Under the pieces are notes generated by a model. That model made no database searches and had not been told where the DNA came from. It worked only from the letters and a program-made list of their open reading frames with translations. A program made the translations under genes and the position numbers. Shown here piece after piece: positions 1 through 12,100 of a stretch of DNA of 64,000 nt (positions are counted from its first letter, which is position 1; every line of letters starts with the position of its first letter). Source of the stretch: Amphiscolops sp. MND2022. Its lineage: Eukaryota. Location of the stretch: NCBI GenBank assembly GCA_964187785.1, contig OZ076409.1, forward strand, positions 36,396,001 to 36,460,000, written 5' to 3'.

Positions 1-651
1 ATATAAACTTTTAACAAGCCGTGAATGGCCCAAGTCGGTGCCCTGCTCGAGGTTGAAAAAGTGCAATGCTTTTTAAGTATGGAAAGGGTTATTATTGTGA
101 AAATTTTAACAATTTTTCCGAACGCAAAAATAGGACACCCAAAAGGGTACCCATCGGGAGACTCATAAAACTCGAAATCCGCTTTTTCCATATAATGAAA
201 ATTTTTTATTCGGATAGGTTTCTTACTGTCGAAATCTCAAAATTAGACCCTTAAAGTTCGCAAAACGTTCTTTTCAATAGTGAGGGAGTACCTTTTTACC
301 AAAAGAAAATTGTTTCTAAAGAAGGTCGCACGGTTGTCAAAAAAAAACGGTTCCGATCAGAAAATTCTCATCAGTCCCACGGGAGCAAAAAATAATCAAA
401 GAGGTGACTCATAAGAAAAACAGAGTGCCGAAAAAAAGCTACAAAGGAGGAAAAGCGCCAACAGGCTAAAGACGGCTCAAGCCGGCAACCTACTTGAGGC
501 TCACAAAACGCAAATGCTTTCAGATTGGTTCCATATCCGTATTTTAGACCAATCAAATTAGTCGCGTAGTGTCGAAGAAATCAAAACGGGATCCTTTGGG
601 CTCTCTTCAGTTCCACGTGGTTCCAGAAAAAAAAGTTCGCGAGAAAATTAC

Positions 652-2552
652 TGTCGCAGGCTGCCGCCTGTGATGGAAATAATTACACTACATCGGCAGG
701 GGAACAAAACTCGACACCAAGAACACTACCAATATACTGAATACAGGCTATGAACTTTAGAAACTTGTCCTTATTCAACGTTAGTTGTTATTTTACGTAT
801 TCATGCAATAGTTTTGTATTTAGATGAAGTTAATATTAGTCCGTTAAAATTGTACAATTTGGAAATATCCAAATTAGGCTACTTTGTAACAGTGTGCAGT
901 TGAAATGTAAATCGTTGAATCAAAAGCAGTACTAATAGAAGCAACTGTAAAGCGGTATAGGAAACGAGTTCAAGTGACGTTCAGCGATAATCCAAAAACG
1001 TCACTTGAGCTCACCTTTCTAACCAATCACAGCGCTTCAATTCACGAGTGCAATATGACTTTGATTTGGTAGTGGCCGAATATGGCCAATTGACTTAATG
1101 TCCACGGATTGTTTTATGCTTTGGTCAAATGGCCGATTTAGGCCGTCTTAACGTAACGAATGATGCTGAATTATTTGTACTCATAATTAACCATATTAGT
1201 TGGGGACTATTCTAGAAGTGCTTTAATATTAAAATAATACCAACGTACCCTTCAACAAGCCAAATGAACCGAGTGCTGATCAAAGGCCGGATAAGGCCTT
1301 TTACCCTTACTCCCCTCAGTATTGTGCTATTAATCAGGATTTGGCCAATTTCGGCCCTTTTAGGAAAAACCCTGTTTTAGTGATGCAATGATATTTAAAT
1401 AGATTGGGCATGTATTATTTGAACTTGCTTCCCCTACGTTGACTTATAGCCACGTGGTAGCACGTGCTAACACTGCATACCAGTGCTACGAGTCTCGCAT
1501 TCCATCAACAAGCTTAACATTTGTTGACATTGCAATAATAATATGTAGCATAGATATGTTGTTTGAAGTACCGTTAAGTGTATTTACCATTATGTCAATT
1601 GTTTGATGTTACATTTCGGGAGACAAATATGTCAGGAATTCTTCCAATCAGGATTTCACAGAAATATGTGATTGATGCTTTCCGATGATATAGAAAATAT
1701 GTAAACAGAGGTTCTTATGGTGCAGATACCTTTCAAAACCATACCTCTTAAATACCAGAGATATGTAAAAATCAAGTGCATTACATACCTTACAATGTCA
1801 ATCTTGGATGAAAATATGTAAAATATGTGAGTGTTACCCACTCAGGGGTATAAATAGTGTTTAGCCTGAGTAGGACACAAAAATCATATTAAACTACTCT
1901 AGAAAAGATTGATCTCCAAACGGCTTCGCTGTTAGTTCCGTATTGATTAATTTATTATTGATTCGGAACTGTTTCAATGCCCACCACTAGAAAGCAAGAA
2001 AGTCAAGAGGACTTAAGATGTTATCTGATATTGAAAATCTGGATATCATGTTAGTTGAGAACCGTTTTGGTACCAGAGAAAGAGAAGGCAGCTTGAATAG
2101 TAATCTACCTAGAAGATCTAGAAGATTTGCAAGTAATGAGTCTGAAAATGAAGACGGAAACATAGGTAGATCCCAGAGAAATATTGACTCTAGGATGAAT
2201 GCCGAATGTGACCGCAATTCTGTCACAGGTAATTCTAGCGCTGAAATAAACAGGTTGTCCAGCGAATTAAATTCTCGTATTTCGCGTGAAATGGACGAGA
2301 TGATGAATTCTGTGAGTGTCCAAATACAAAGAGCCATAAGCGATGCGATAAGAACTCAAGTGCTTCCTCAAATCCAAAATGTCATTATGGCCGGATCAGG
2401 ACATGGGACCAGAAAAGGATGGGACGTTCCGTCTGAGAGACCGCAACCAAATTCTGAAGTTCAGCGAAATCTTAACGCAAAGAGTAGCTTAAGAAATGAA
2501 CAGGATGAGAATCAATTCAACAATGATTACCCTGTCCTAAATGTTCATGACA
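652..2552 (+). repeat. 5' LTR (1901 bp)
   Basis: Near-identical to 14981-16885 (about 30 differences counted by eye). Starts TGTCGC, ends CATGACA. TATA-like GGGGTATAAATA near 1845-1856; paired CACGTG boxes at 1452-1466. Confidence 0.95.
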
Positions 2553-3679
2553 TGGTGACAGGAGACAACGAATCTCCAAATCAGGTTCCTGAGTTTCTCA
2601 CAGGACGTATTCCATCAAGAAGTCATCTCAACCAGTCCTTCGAGGACGTCAACCTTGACACGACGATCCCAGCGCACGAGAGAATTGCTACAACTGCAGA
2701 TCCTGACCCCATTACAAGACTGGCCGACGTCTTGACCACAATGCAAAGTAGACCAACAGCCCAACAACGCACATTACGCCCAGTCAACTCCAACACAATG
2801 ACTTTCGATGGCAAAAGTGAGAAATTCGAGCTGTTTGAAGATCTTTTCCATACCATGATCAAGATGCAGCCAGAAATGACCGAGCAAAAGAAAACTAACC
2901 ATTTTCATTCACTATTGCGGAAGAATGCTCTCCAGACATTCCGAATTATCAATTCGACAAACCGTCAAACTCTTGAAGACGTACTAGTCATTTTCCGACG
3001 GAAATACGTCAAACATGAGTCTCAGGCGACTGCCAAACATAAATGGCACCGTCTGGTCTTTGATCCCAATACGATGAAATTGCCTGACTTCCTTGAAGAG
3101 TTAAATCAAGGGGCAGAAAAGGCATTCGGAGACCATGCGCAGAAGTTGATTGACAGTTTGCTATACGCAAAACTGCCACCAAAACTAAAAAGGTCAGTCA
3201 ATATGGCCAGGCTAGAAAATGGCTCGTATGATGAGATAGTTGCTCATTTGGAGAGAGAGCTGGAGCTTAACGCCCTTGAGGAGTCAGACGATATACCGAT
3301 GGCAACAATGACCTCCTCAACCACTAAGCCCAAAACGTCTCTGTCCACTGGACAAATGTCAGACATCACTTGCAATTACTGCAAGGAAAAGGGCCACATG
3401 GTCAAGGACTGTGAAAAGCTTAAAAAGAAGAAAGAGAAAGACGCCCAACAAGGCAAGCCAACTCAGAAGAAAACATACCCGGAGTATGGCACCTGTGGCA
3501 AAAAGAATCACCCGGAGGAAAGATCTTGGCAAGGCGCCGGTGCACATCTTAAACCCAAACGCACTAGGCCCGAGGACTCATCTGACAAAAAGCCCAACCC
3601 AAAGGCTCAGAAACCTCAGAACAAGCAAACATCATCAAGCTCTCAATCCTCATCTTCTAACGACCAGTCAAAAAACTAA
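2018..3679 (+). CDS. gag: Gag (553 aa), begins inside the 5' LTR
   Basis: Retrotransposon capsid-like segment (TFDGKSEKFELFEDLF), CCHC knuckle CNYCKEKGHMVKDC, and a second decayed knuckle (YGTCGKKNHPEERS). Ends A-AAA-AAC-TAA. Confidence 0.9.
   Translation: MLSDIENLDIMLVENRFGTREREGSLNSNLPRRSRRFASNESENEDGNIGRSQRNIDSRMNAECDRNSVTGNSSAEINRLSSELNSRISREMDEMMNSVSVQIQRAISDAIRTQVLPQIQNVIMAGSGHGTRKGWDVPSERPQPNSEVQRNLNAKSSLRNEQDENQFNNDYPVLNVHDMVTGDNESPNQVPEFLTGRIPSRSHLNQSFEDVNLDTTIPAHERIATTADPDPITRLADVLTTMQSRPTAQQRTLRPVNSNTMTFDGKSEKFELFEDLFHTMIKMQPEMTEQKKTNHFHSLLRKNALQTFRIINSTNRQTLEDVLVIFRRKYVKHESQATAKHKWHRLVFDPNTMKLPDFLEELNQGAEKAFGDHAQKLIDSLLYAKLPPKLKRSVNMARLENGSYDEIVAHLERELELNALEESDDIPMATMTSSTTKPKTSLSTGQMSDITCNYCKEKGHMVKDCEKLKKKKEKDAQQGKPTQKKTYPEYGTCGKKNHPEERSWQGAGAHLKPKRTRPEDSSDKKPNPKAQKPQNKQTSSSSQSSSSNDQSKN
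2553..2564 (+). promoter_or_regulatory. Primer-binding site (tRNA-Leu-like)
   Basis: TGGTGACAGGAG directly after the LTR end; 11/12 match to the complement of a typical tRNA-Leu 3' end (TGGTGTCAGGAG). Lies inside the gag reading frame. Confidence 0.65.
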
Positions 3680-6600
3680 CTTCGCCACGACTCCAGTACA
3701 ACGAACTAATATCTGTCCGACAATACATCAGATCGGACCCTCCAACGCAAACCTTTCATCAATACAATCAGCAATTGATGGGCTATCCTCTATTGTCTGG
3801 CAGCAGCAGATGGAAAAAGCCACCATCATCACCTACAATAACACCCATTTGTTCCAGAAACCAATTCCTGCTTGGGACCCTGACTATACAACCACCTTCA
3901 ATACCCGGTTCAGGCCCATTCCCCTGATCGATGACTACAATCTAACATACATCGATCCAGACTATGGCAGAGATCCCTATTGGGACACCGAGCTATACAA
4001 CCAAGATCAACTGCAATTTCAATATGTCCTAGACGATATTGACCACTATAACAGAACAGTCCACGAGAACCCTCCAATTACCCATAACAAGAAAACACGA
4101 GCACTAATCGAAATCTGGCAAATGAATGATGGTACAAACCATCCAGTGTTCCCAAACCCATTGGGGACCGAGAACCCTGAAAACAGTGGTGAATCCACGC
4201 CACAATCATTATTAGATGAAAAACAATTCCAAAATGTACTCATCGCCAGAGATGGTGAACCAGACTGTATACCCCTGTCAACCAACATCAACCTCAAATG
4301 CAAGAAACGCATGCTTTATTTCCCAATGGATTTTGGGGAACTGACCATTGATGGATTAATAGACACTGGGGCACTGTCCAGTGCAATACCTGAAATGGAC
4401 ATCCGGAAAATCCGCCTCCTATCTCCACAATCTGTTATCCGAGAAGGTCCGCCTCCGAACTTCCAAATCATGGTCGCTAATGGGCAACTGGAAACTCCTA
4501 AGAGTACCATAGAGCTCAAATTCGAAGTTGGTGACACTGAGTTCCATGAAATCTTTATAGTAATGGAACATTTGACAGGACCAATCATTGGACTAATGTT
4601 CCTTCAGAGAAATCATACAGTCTTGGACATGAGACAAGGAATCCTGAATTTCCCGTTCTTTTCAATGCAGCTTAAAACAGCTGATCACAAATATTCCACC
4701 GTTCTAGAACCAATTCTCAACCCCTCTGAGATAACCATTCCGCCCAACGATAGAGTCCTAATTAGGACCAACTCCTTACTGTACCCTGAGAATGCGGTTA
4801 CTGGAATTTTTCAACCGAGCGACCTTCTACATGAAGAAGGCGACATCACATTTTGCCCAGCATTGGTCACTCTGAATGATGGCAATACAATGATACCAGT
4901 GAACAACTTCACAGACCATCCTTACAAACTCAAAAAGGGACTTCATATTGCCAATTTCTCAGTCATGACGCCAGAACAGATGAAATATGTCAAACCGGTA
5001 GATCCGGCATCCACCTGGCATGTTTTACAAAATGACCAAGAGCAGGCAGCCCACTATGTCAGCAGTCTCATCAAGACAAACAGAAACCCTCAAAATTCTG
5101 AAAATTACTGGTTCCCAACTCCAAAAAATCCTGGAAACCCCGAGGAACACACTCCAATACAGAAACGAATTCTACGAGAATTACAGGCCTTACAGGACCT
5201 GGAGACGCTCGACCCCACAAAAGATGAAGAATCGCGTGCAAAATTCCTAGAAAACTTTGATTGGAAAGACTCCACACTTACTCCTGAAGAGAAGGAGAAA
5301 GTCGAGGAACTACTTGTGGAATTCCATGATATATATGCACGACACAGATTTGACATAGGCATGAATGAGGAATTCAAGGTGAAATTGACACCTAAGGACG
5401 ATTCCCCAGCCTATAGCCAAAGCCTACCAGCCCCCATCAACCTGAAGGAGGACATCCTAGTCGAATTGGCCATGTTACACAAATATGGCATAATCACTAC
5501 CCTACCATTCTCGAAATATGCGAGTCCAATATTCGCACAAAAGAAACCGAATGGAAAACTCAGACTCTTGGTTGACTTGAGAAAAATCAACAACCTCATG
5601 TCCGATGATTATATAAACAATAATCACCCTGTCAGTACCTTGGTTGATGCCGCCCAACACTTGGCGGGCAAGAAACTGTTCTGTAAATTAGACTGTTCGC
5701 AGGCATACCACTGCCTGCCGATGGCTGACCAACGATCGATCGAAATGTTGGCTTTCAACTTTGCCAGTCGCACGTTTGCATACAGACGTTTGGCACAAGG
5801 TCTCAGCCGGGCACTGTCCGCATTCTCAAATTTCATGAGGGAATACCTCGACAAAGTCATTAAAGCGGATCAGTGTGCCCAATATGTCGACGATATCGGC
5901 ATCGCGGCCAATGATGCTGATCACCTCATAGCAAACCTGAGAGCTACGTTCAAATGCATTCAGGAAGCAGGCCTTAAGTTAACAATGCACAAATGTCACT
6001 TCGGTGCAAAAGAAATTGATTTTCTCGGACGGACTATTACCCCACAAGGCGTCAAGCCCCGGAAACAAAATGTACAAAACTTTCTGGAGAAAACCAAATT
6101 CCCGAAGTCGAAAAAGGCTTTACAGCGTTATTTGGGATTCTTGAACTACTACAGAAATTATGTCCCAAATCTTTCAGAACGCCTTGCTCCATTCTACAAG
6201 ATGCTGAAAAGTGACGGAAAGGTCCTGGTATCGAAAGAATTGGTCCAACAATTCGAGGAAATTAACAAAGCACTTGACAAATGTTGCGATTTGGCCCTAC
6301 AACAGCCCATTCCAAACAAGCAAATTGCACTAATGACTGACGCAAGCTTTGGAGCAGCCGGATATGCAGTCCTAATTGAAGACGACCCAAATCAGAAATT
6401 CACGTCACTCAGAAGGTCCTATGCACCTGTAGCATACGGATCCAATCTTCACCCCAGCACAGATCAAGATGTCAATTTATGCCCAGGAAATCCTTGCAAT
6501 TTATTTTGCATTCAAAGAATTTGGCCATATCGTCTGGGGTGCGCCCAAACCAGTCATTATCCTAACCGACAACAAAGCTGTAACACGATTTTTCCAAACA

Positions 6601-8879
6601 AAAATAATACCCCCAGCACTCTAGAATGCGTGTGATTTTGTGATCCAATTCAATTTTGTCATAGCGCATATCCTGGGGGCACAAAATACAGCTGCCGACT
6701 ATTTGTCCCGATTGGAAGCAGATCCGAAGGACAAATTAGTGATGAAAATTCGCGAAGATGTACAAACACTACCGATCGAAATCAATGTCCAATCTGCAAG
6801 GGTGTCACAAGAAGAACAAATCTTCTACACCACGACGACGATGAGACAGAAGAACAGTATTGGGCAAGAAAGGAAGCAATCAGGAAAAATCCAGCAACTG
6901 ATGAGCCCACTGTTACCATACAAACTCTGTCAACAAATCTGGTCAAGCAACACCCCGATATACAAGTCCGATTGAGGAAGACGAATCAGATCATTATCGA
7001 ACAATCCAAAGATGCGGTACTACAGCAATTGAAGGCAAAACTGCTTCATGAAGAGTATTCAGAAAATCTGCTGCAACAGGATGCCCGATACAGGCATTAT
7101 GCAAACAATCTGGAACGAATTGTACTGAAGGACGAAATCCTGACAAGGCAATATTTTGATGAAACAGGGAACGTTAAATAACATCAATTTCTGCTCCCAC
7201 AGCACTTACTCCAGGAAATGCTTCAGTCTCTTCAAGGGACGGCCAATAAACATCCTGGCATCTCAAAAATGCTGCAGGAAATCCGACAATGGTATTACTA
7301 CCCTAGCATGGCCAAACACGTCAAAAAATGGGTAGAGGGGTGTGAGGAATGCGCAAGAGACAAGCGAGCCCCCAACGCAACAATTACGCCTGAATTACTC
7401 AACTTGTCCGAATGGGACCTCGGACCTGAGGACGCCATGCAGATCGACCTATTGCCGAATCTTCCCCCAAGTGGTGGGTATGAAAACGTTTTAACAGCAA
7501 TCGATGTATTCTCCAGATATCTGTTCGCCTATCCCCTTACGGACGCATCAGCGATCAATGTAGCAAAAGCAATCTTTGACATCATGACCAAGCATGCATA
7601 TCTACCAACGACTCTCATTACTGACAAAGGTACTGCATTTACTTCTGCAATTATTGCGGAGATTACGCAAATTTTGGGCATAACACTCAAATGTGCAACA
7701 ACAAAACACCCGCAGACGATTGGGAAATTGGAACGAACTCATGCCTCAATGAAAACAAACCTCAAAATGGCATGTGGGGAATATCGCCGACAATGGCACA
7801 AATACTTGCCATTAGCAGTACTGAACCATAATACTAGTTATCACGCCAGCATCGGTTGTGAGCCGACGAGAGTATTCCATGGAAGAATTCCATTTAATAT
7901 CCTGGATCACAAGCTTGGAAACAATCCAAACGAGCAAATCAATCCCACAACCGAATTTGCTGAAGAAATCCAAAATTGGACAAAAATCTTGATTGTCAAA
8001 ACAAAGCAAAACATTATGCAGTCATATATCAAGTACGAAGAATATTATGACCGCAAGGCAAAAGCCGCTCCACTAAAAGAGAATGATTACTGCTTTGTAT
8101 TACAGCCGAAAGCGGATCACCAAGGATCAAAAATTCCATTCCGTGATTATAGGTGGGTCGGACCATTTATAGTCCAAAAAGTTTTACCTAACGAGAATTA
8201 TATTGTACGGCGAATGAATACAAACAAGACTCAAATTTTGCATCGGATTCGCCTTAAAAGGTTTGTCCCCAATCAACCGCTTGAGGACAATTTCCGAGAA
8301 CAGCGGTTACAACCTGACGAGGAAAATATTATTCCACAAGATGATATATACGTCATAACGTGGGAAACCGACTTTGGAGAGCAGCTAGTCACGAGAGGCA
8401 ACGAACCTACTACGACTAGCTTGCCGAACGGCGAACAGCCGAATGCGGCAGAACCGAGGCACAGTGACGTAGACGAGAACGAAAAAGATTACATCATCAC
8501 GAACGACGAAACAAACTACGCTGGAAATACGGCGTACGGCCGGAATGAAAGGTTAAATGATGACGTCACAAAAAGGAATGACGCTAGTGAAGCGACTAGC
8601 AATGAAGAACCTGATTGGCCGAATCCGGCCGTTTACCCAGGAAATCCAGAAAAATCCCCGCCGAATGCGGACAAAAGACTGAAAAATGATAAAAAGTTGC
8701 CTGAAAGAAACTTGACGAATGAAAACGATGCACGAAATTCTCCAAAAAAGGGGGATGATATTATCGTGCCCGAAATATCTGAAAACGATGCTAGAAATGA
8801 AAGTCTGAGCCCTAGAGGAGGGAAATATAATCTCAGACCTAATCCTAACCCAAACTACTCAGAAGACTTCAGATACTAG
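3670..8879 (+). pseudogene. pol: Gypsy pol (protease, RT, RNase H, integrase), disrupted
   Basis: LIDTGA protease (~4362), YVDD RT (5883), LMTDAS RNase H, H..CEEC zinc motif and QID/TDKG/LERTH integrase core. Lesions: frameshift ~6443, TAG 6622, frameshift ~6830, TAA 7179. Confidence 0.95.
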
Positions 8880-9117
8880 GAAAGACTGAATTCAGTTCAG
8901 GAGATGAGTCCTGAATTGGATTTTCCTTTTTTTATCTTTTCTTTCTAGTCCCATGAAGGTCAGTAGTTTTTGAATAAATAATGGGACTTAAAGGCGATCC
9001 CTTACAAAGAAGACAAATATGGGATCAGGGAATCAGAGAAACAAATGAGAACAAATAAAACAACAAAAGAAATGAACAAAAATTACAGTTTGAAAGTACA
9101 TAAATACATATGTACAT

Positions 9118-12100
9118 TTAATCTTTAGAAGTGCCAACAGGAGATTCTTCTACCACAGAGGAAGCCCTAGACCTCGAACTACTCTTTCCCATTCGTCTCC
9201 GTTTACGGTCACTAGGAGGCACGACTGCGGGCATTTCCCCGACACTGTAGGACCCTGTATCATCAAGGCTCCCAGTCCCTTCGCCCACCGCGGAGAAGGC
9301 AGAACGGTATAAAGCAACCAGGGTCTTGTAGATCTTGTTCCTAGCAAATTCGTCGACAAAGGTCCAAGGATCATATGAAGCAGATGAGGCAGACTGACTG
9401 AAAGAAGTAGAAAGGAGAGAGAAATTGGCCAAACTGGAATCGCTAGTACAGAAGGCAATGGAATCTGGAACCCCAGACAGATAACTCTGAGCAGGCAAAA
9501 CCACGTCCACGAGCTGGCTTTGGCAATTTGAAGTACTAATAGATCCAATACTCACAGTAGGGTAATGAGGGCTCTCGGAGGTGATGCACAAACAACTCAG
9601 TTTGAAAAAGTACATTAGATGGCTATGCTCTTGCATGAAGTCAAGGTTAACAAGGAAGTCGATGAGGTCTGGGGACCCTTGACTGACATCCAATGAAGGC
9701 AAAGAAGAAGCTTTAAGTTGGTCCAATAGCTCCACATACTCGTCTCGGCAGGCCGATTCATTCGCAGAACTGACCCAAGACCTTAACTGAAAGGTCCGGT
9801 ATAACAGGTCGAAGTGACGAAGAGCCACCTCGGTGGGCCTTTTCACCATTACGCATGGATCGAAAGCGGCAAGACCCCTGATAAGATTGGAACACAGGCC
9901 AGCTTGGCGAAGGATACCCCCAATCAGGAATTGAAGATAATTCTGGCAATCTTGAACAAAGTCATTCTTGACGGACACAGCAGTCTTCTGGATAGTGCTT
10001 TTGTCAGCCTTCTTCTCAGTAAGCACGCCCTCGGATCTCTGTTTACTGGCCTTGGTGACCTTGTTTTTCATATTCAGTCTTGTGAGGAATTCGTCAACTG
10101 GTAAAATTGTCCCTTCGCTGGTTTGGAAATTCAAAAGTAGAAACCATGAATTTTCAAGTGGGATGGTGTCCGAAGTGTAACAACGAAAGCAGAGTTTGTA
10201 GATATAGCGGGCGACCTCCCCGCAAAGATAGAAGGATGAATCTCTCCTCTTCTGCAAATTAGTGGTGAAGCTAGAGTTGTCTAAACATAGGACACTAACG
10301 CATATCAGTTCAAAAGGAATAACCCTGGCTTATCCTAATATACTAACAATCACTGATGAGGTGATAGAAGAATTCGAGCTTCACGGGGAAGAATTCATCA
10401 CAGATGAGCAAACCACTCAAAACTCTGAACCTGGAACAAATAGGAGTATTGACGGACCTATGATATTCTCCCCTTTGACAAAAGGAACTGGACCAAGATG
10501 GGATTACTTACTCTTGTCCTGACTCCCTGGCCCTGCTGTTTGGCAGAGTGCAAAGTGAGGAAGGAAACCACAAACTTCCACTCGTCCATAAGTTCCTGGC
10601 ACAAGACAGGCAGTGTGGAGAGCTCCAGATCACTCTTAGAAATCGCCTAAAAGAAACACGAAACGATCAAACGACAAGGCTTGAAAACTCTGACTGATAT
10701 AAACTTGTTCTGACGCCAAGACAATAGAAATCACTTACTTTAGCTAGAACGGGGCTGCGCTGTACCCAGTCCTCATTTGCTGATCCGCCCAAGGAAATGA
10801 CCAGGACACGGAGTACCGAAAAGAAGTCTATGTGCCCAAAAACACTGTAGCTGCTTTTGTGCATTAGTTTCGACAAATTGAGCCGAGAGAACCTGAAGCA
10901 ACTCTGGACAGCTCGCACGGAAGTAGGGACCTCGTCAATGGTCCGGATTAGCTCAGACGGGCATCCGGAACAAGCCACTATATCTGCTTTTGTAGATATG
11001 GACAATAACAGGCGTGCCAAGGAGCCTAGTTCTCCAGTGAGGTTAGTCGTGGGTAGACCACTACGGCAAACGATGACTTTGCATAGGTACTGGCCTTTCC
11101 AGAACCTCGCCGACATGAAACGGTTGGGTCCCTGGTCCTCGAATTCCAAAGCAAAGCACTGCAGGGTAGAGATCTGATCAGCAATGTCGCTCATGGCACA
11201 GTTGAAGAGATGTTGGAATATGACCTAGAAAAAAAACCAAGAGTACAACCACTTAGGGAAGGGAGATAAACTCGAGGAAGAGGAAAGCAAAAGATACTTA
11301 CAGTCATTCTATCTTCTCCCCAGTCAAAGTCACAGAGAGAAGCTTGGTGGTCAGTGAATGAGCTGATTTTGGCCCACATGCTTCGGAGGATTGCAATGTC
11401 TCCATGGCTCTGGATGAAATCTGCCACCATGCTTAGCTGGGTTCGCGCGCGAGACTCGGGGGATATTAAAGGGGTAGTCCTGCCCCGCACGAAATCCTCG
11501 TAAAAGGGGAAACGTTCCCCAATATCAACCAACTCCACGTTCATAAATTTGGGGAGTTCCTTAGCTAGCTCCATCTTGCTCAAAATCTTTCCGTTCCTGC
11601 CTCGGACGCGGTGTTGGGTTTTGAGTGTGACGGAATCGGTACTTTTCAAATGTTCGTACCGCCATCTCTGGTCTCGTCTAAGATGCCTTTCAGTCCGATG
11701 GTGCCTGAGAATTTCCATTGTCCCTTCACTCCGAATGGAAAAGTTTTTCTTGCAGATATGACACCAGACCATATATGGGTTGTGGATTGGATCTGCCGGA
11801 CCTGAAATGAAAGACCGAGTCCACCCTATTTTAGCGAAGAACTCCTCTCGCATTGGGACCCCGCGTTGAGACTGTCTCTTAGCCTTTGGTGTCTTCTTGG
11901 GCTGAGTTTTACTTTTGGCCTTTAGTGTCTGTTCCTTCACCTCGGACAAGGTAATATCCTGGCTGCTCCGATCAGTTTCTTGGCTGCCCTGTTGCAAGAC
12001 GTCAGGCTGTGCCGTGGTCGAAATGATCTGGATTGGGGCCTTGAAGGTGGCAGAAATTAGGGCCATTTCACCAGCGCTATCACTCTTTCCAAACGAGGAG

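Noticed and set aside
3411..3669. 5' part of the computed 1074-aa pol ORF
   Set aside because: GTG start overlapping gag; this is shadow open frame, not a real N-terminus.
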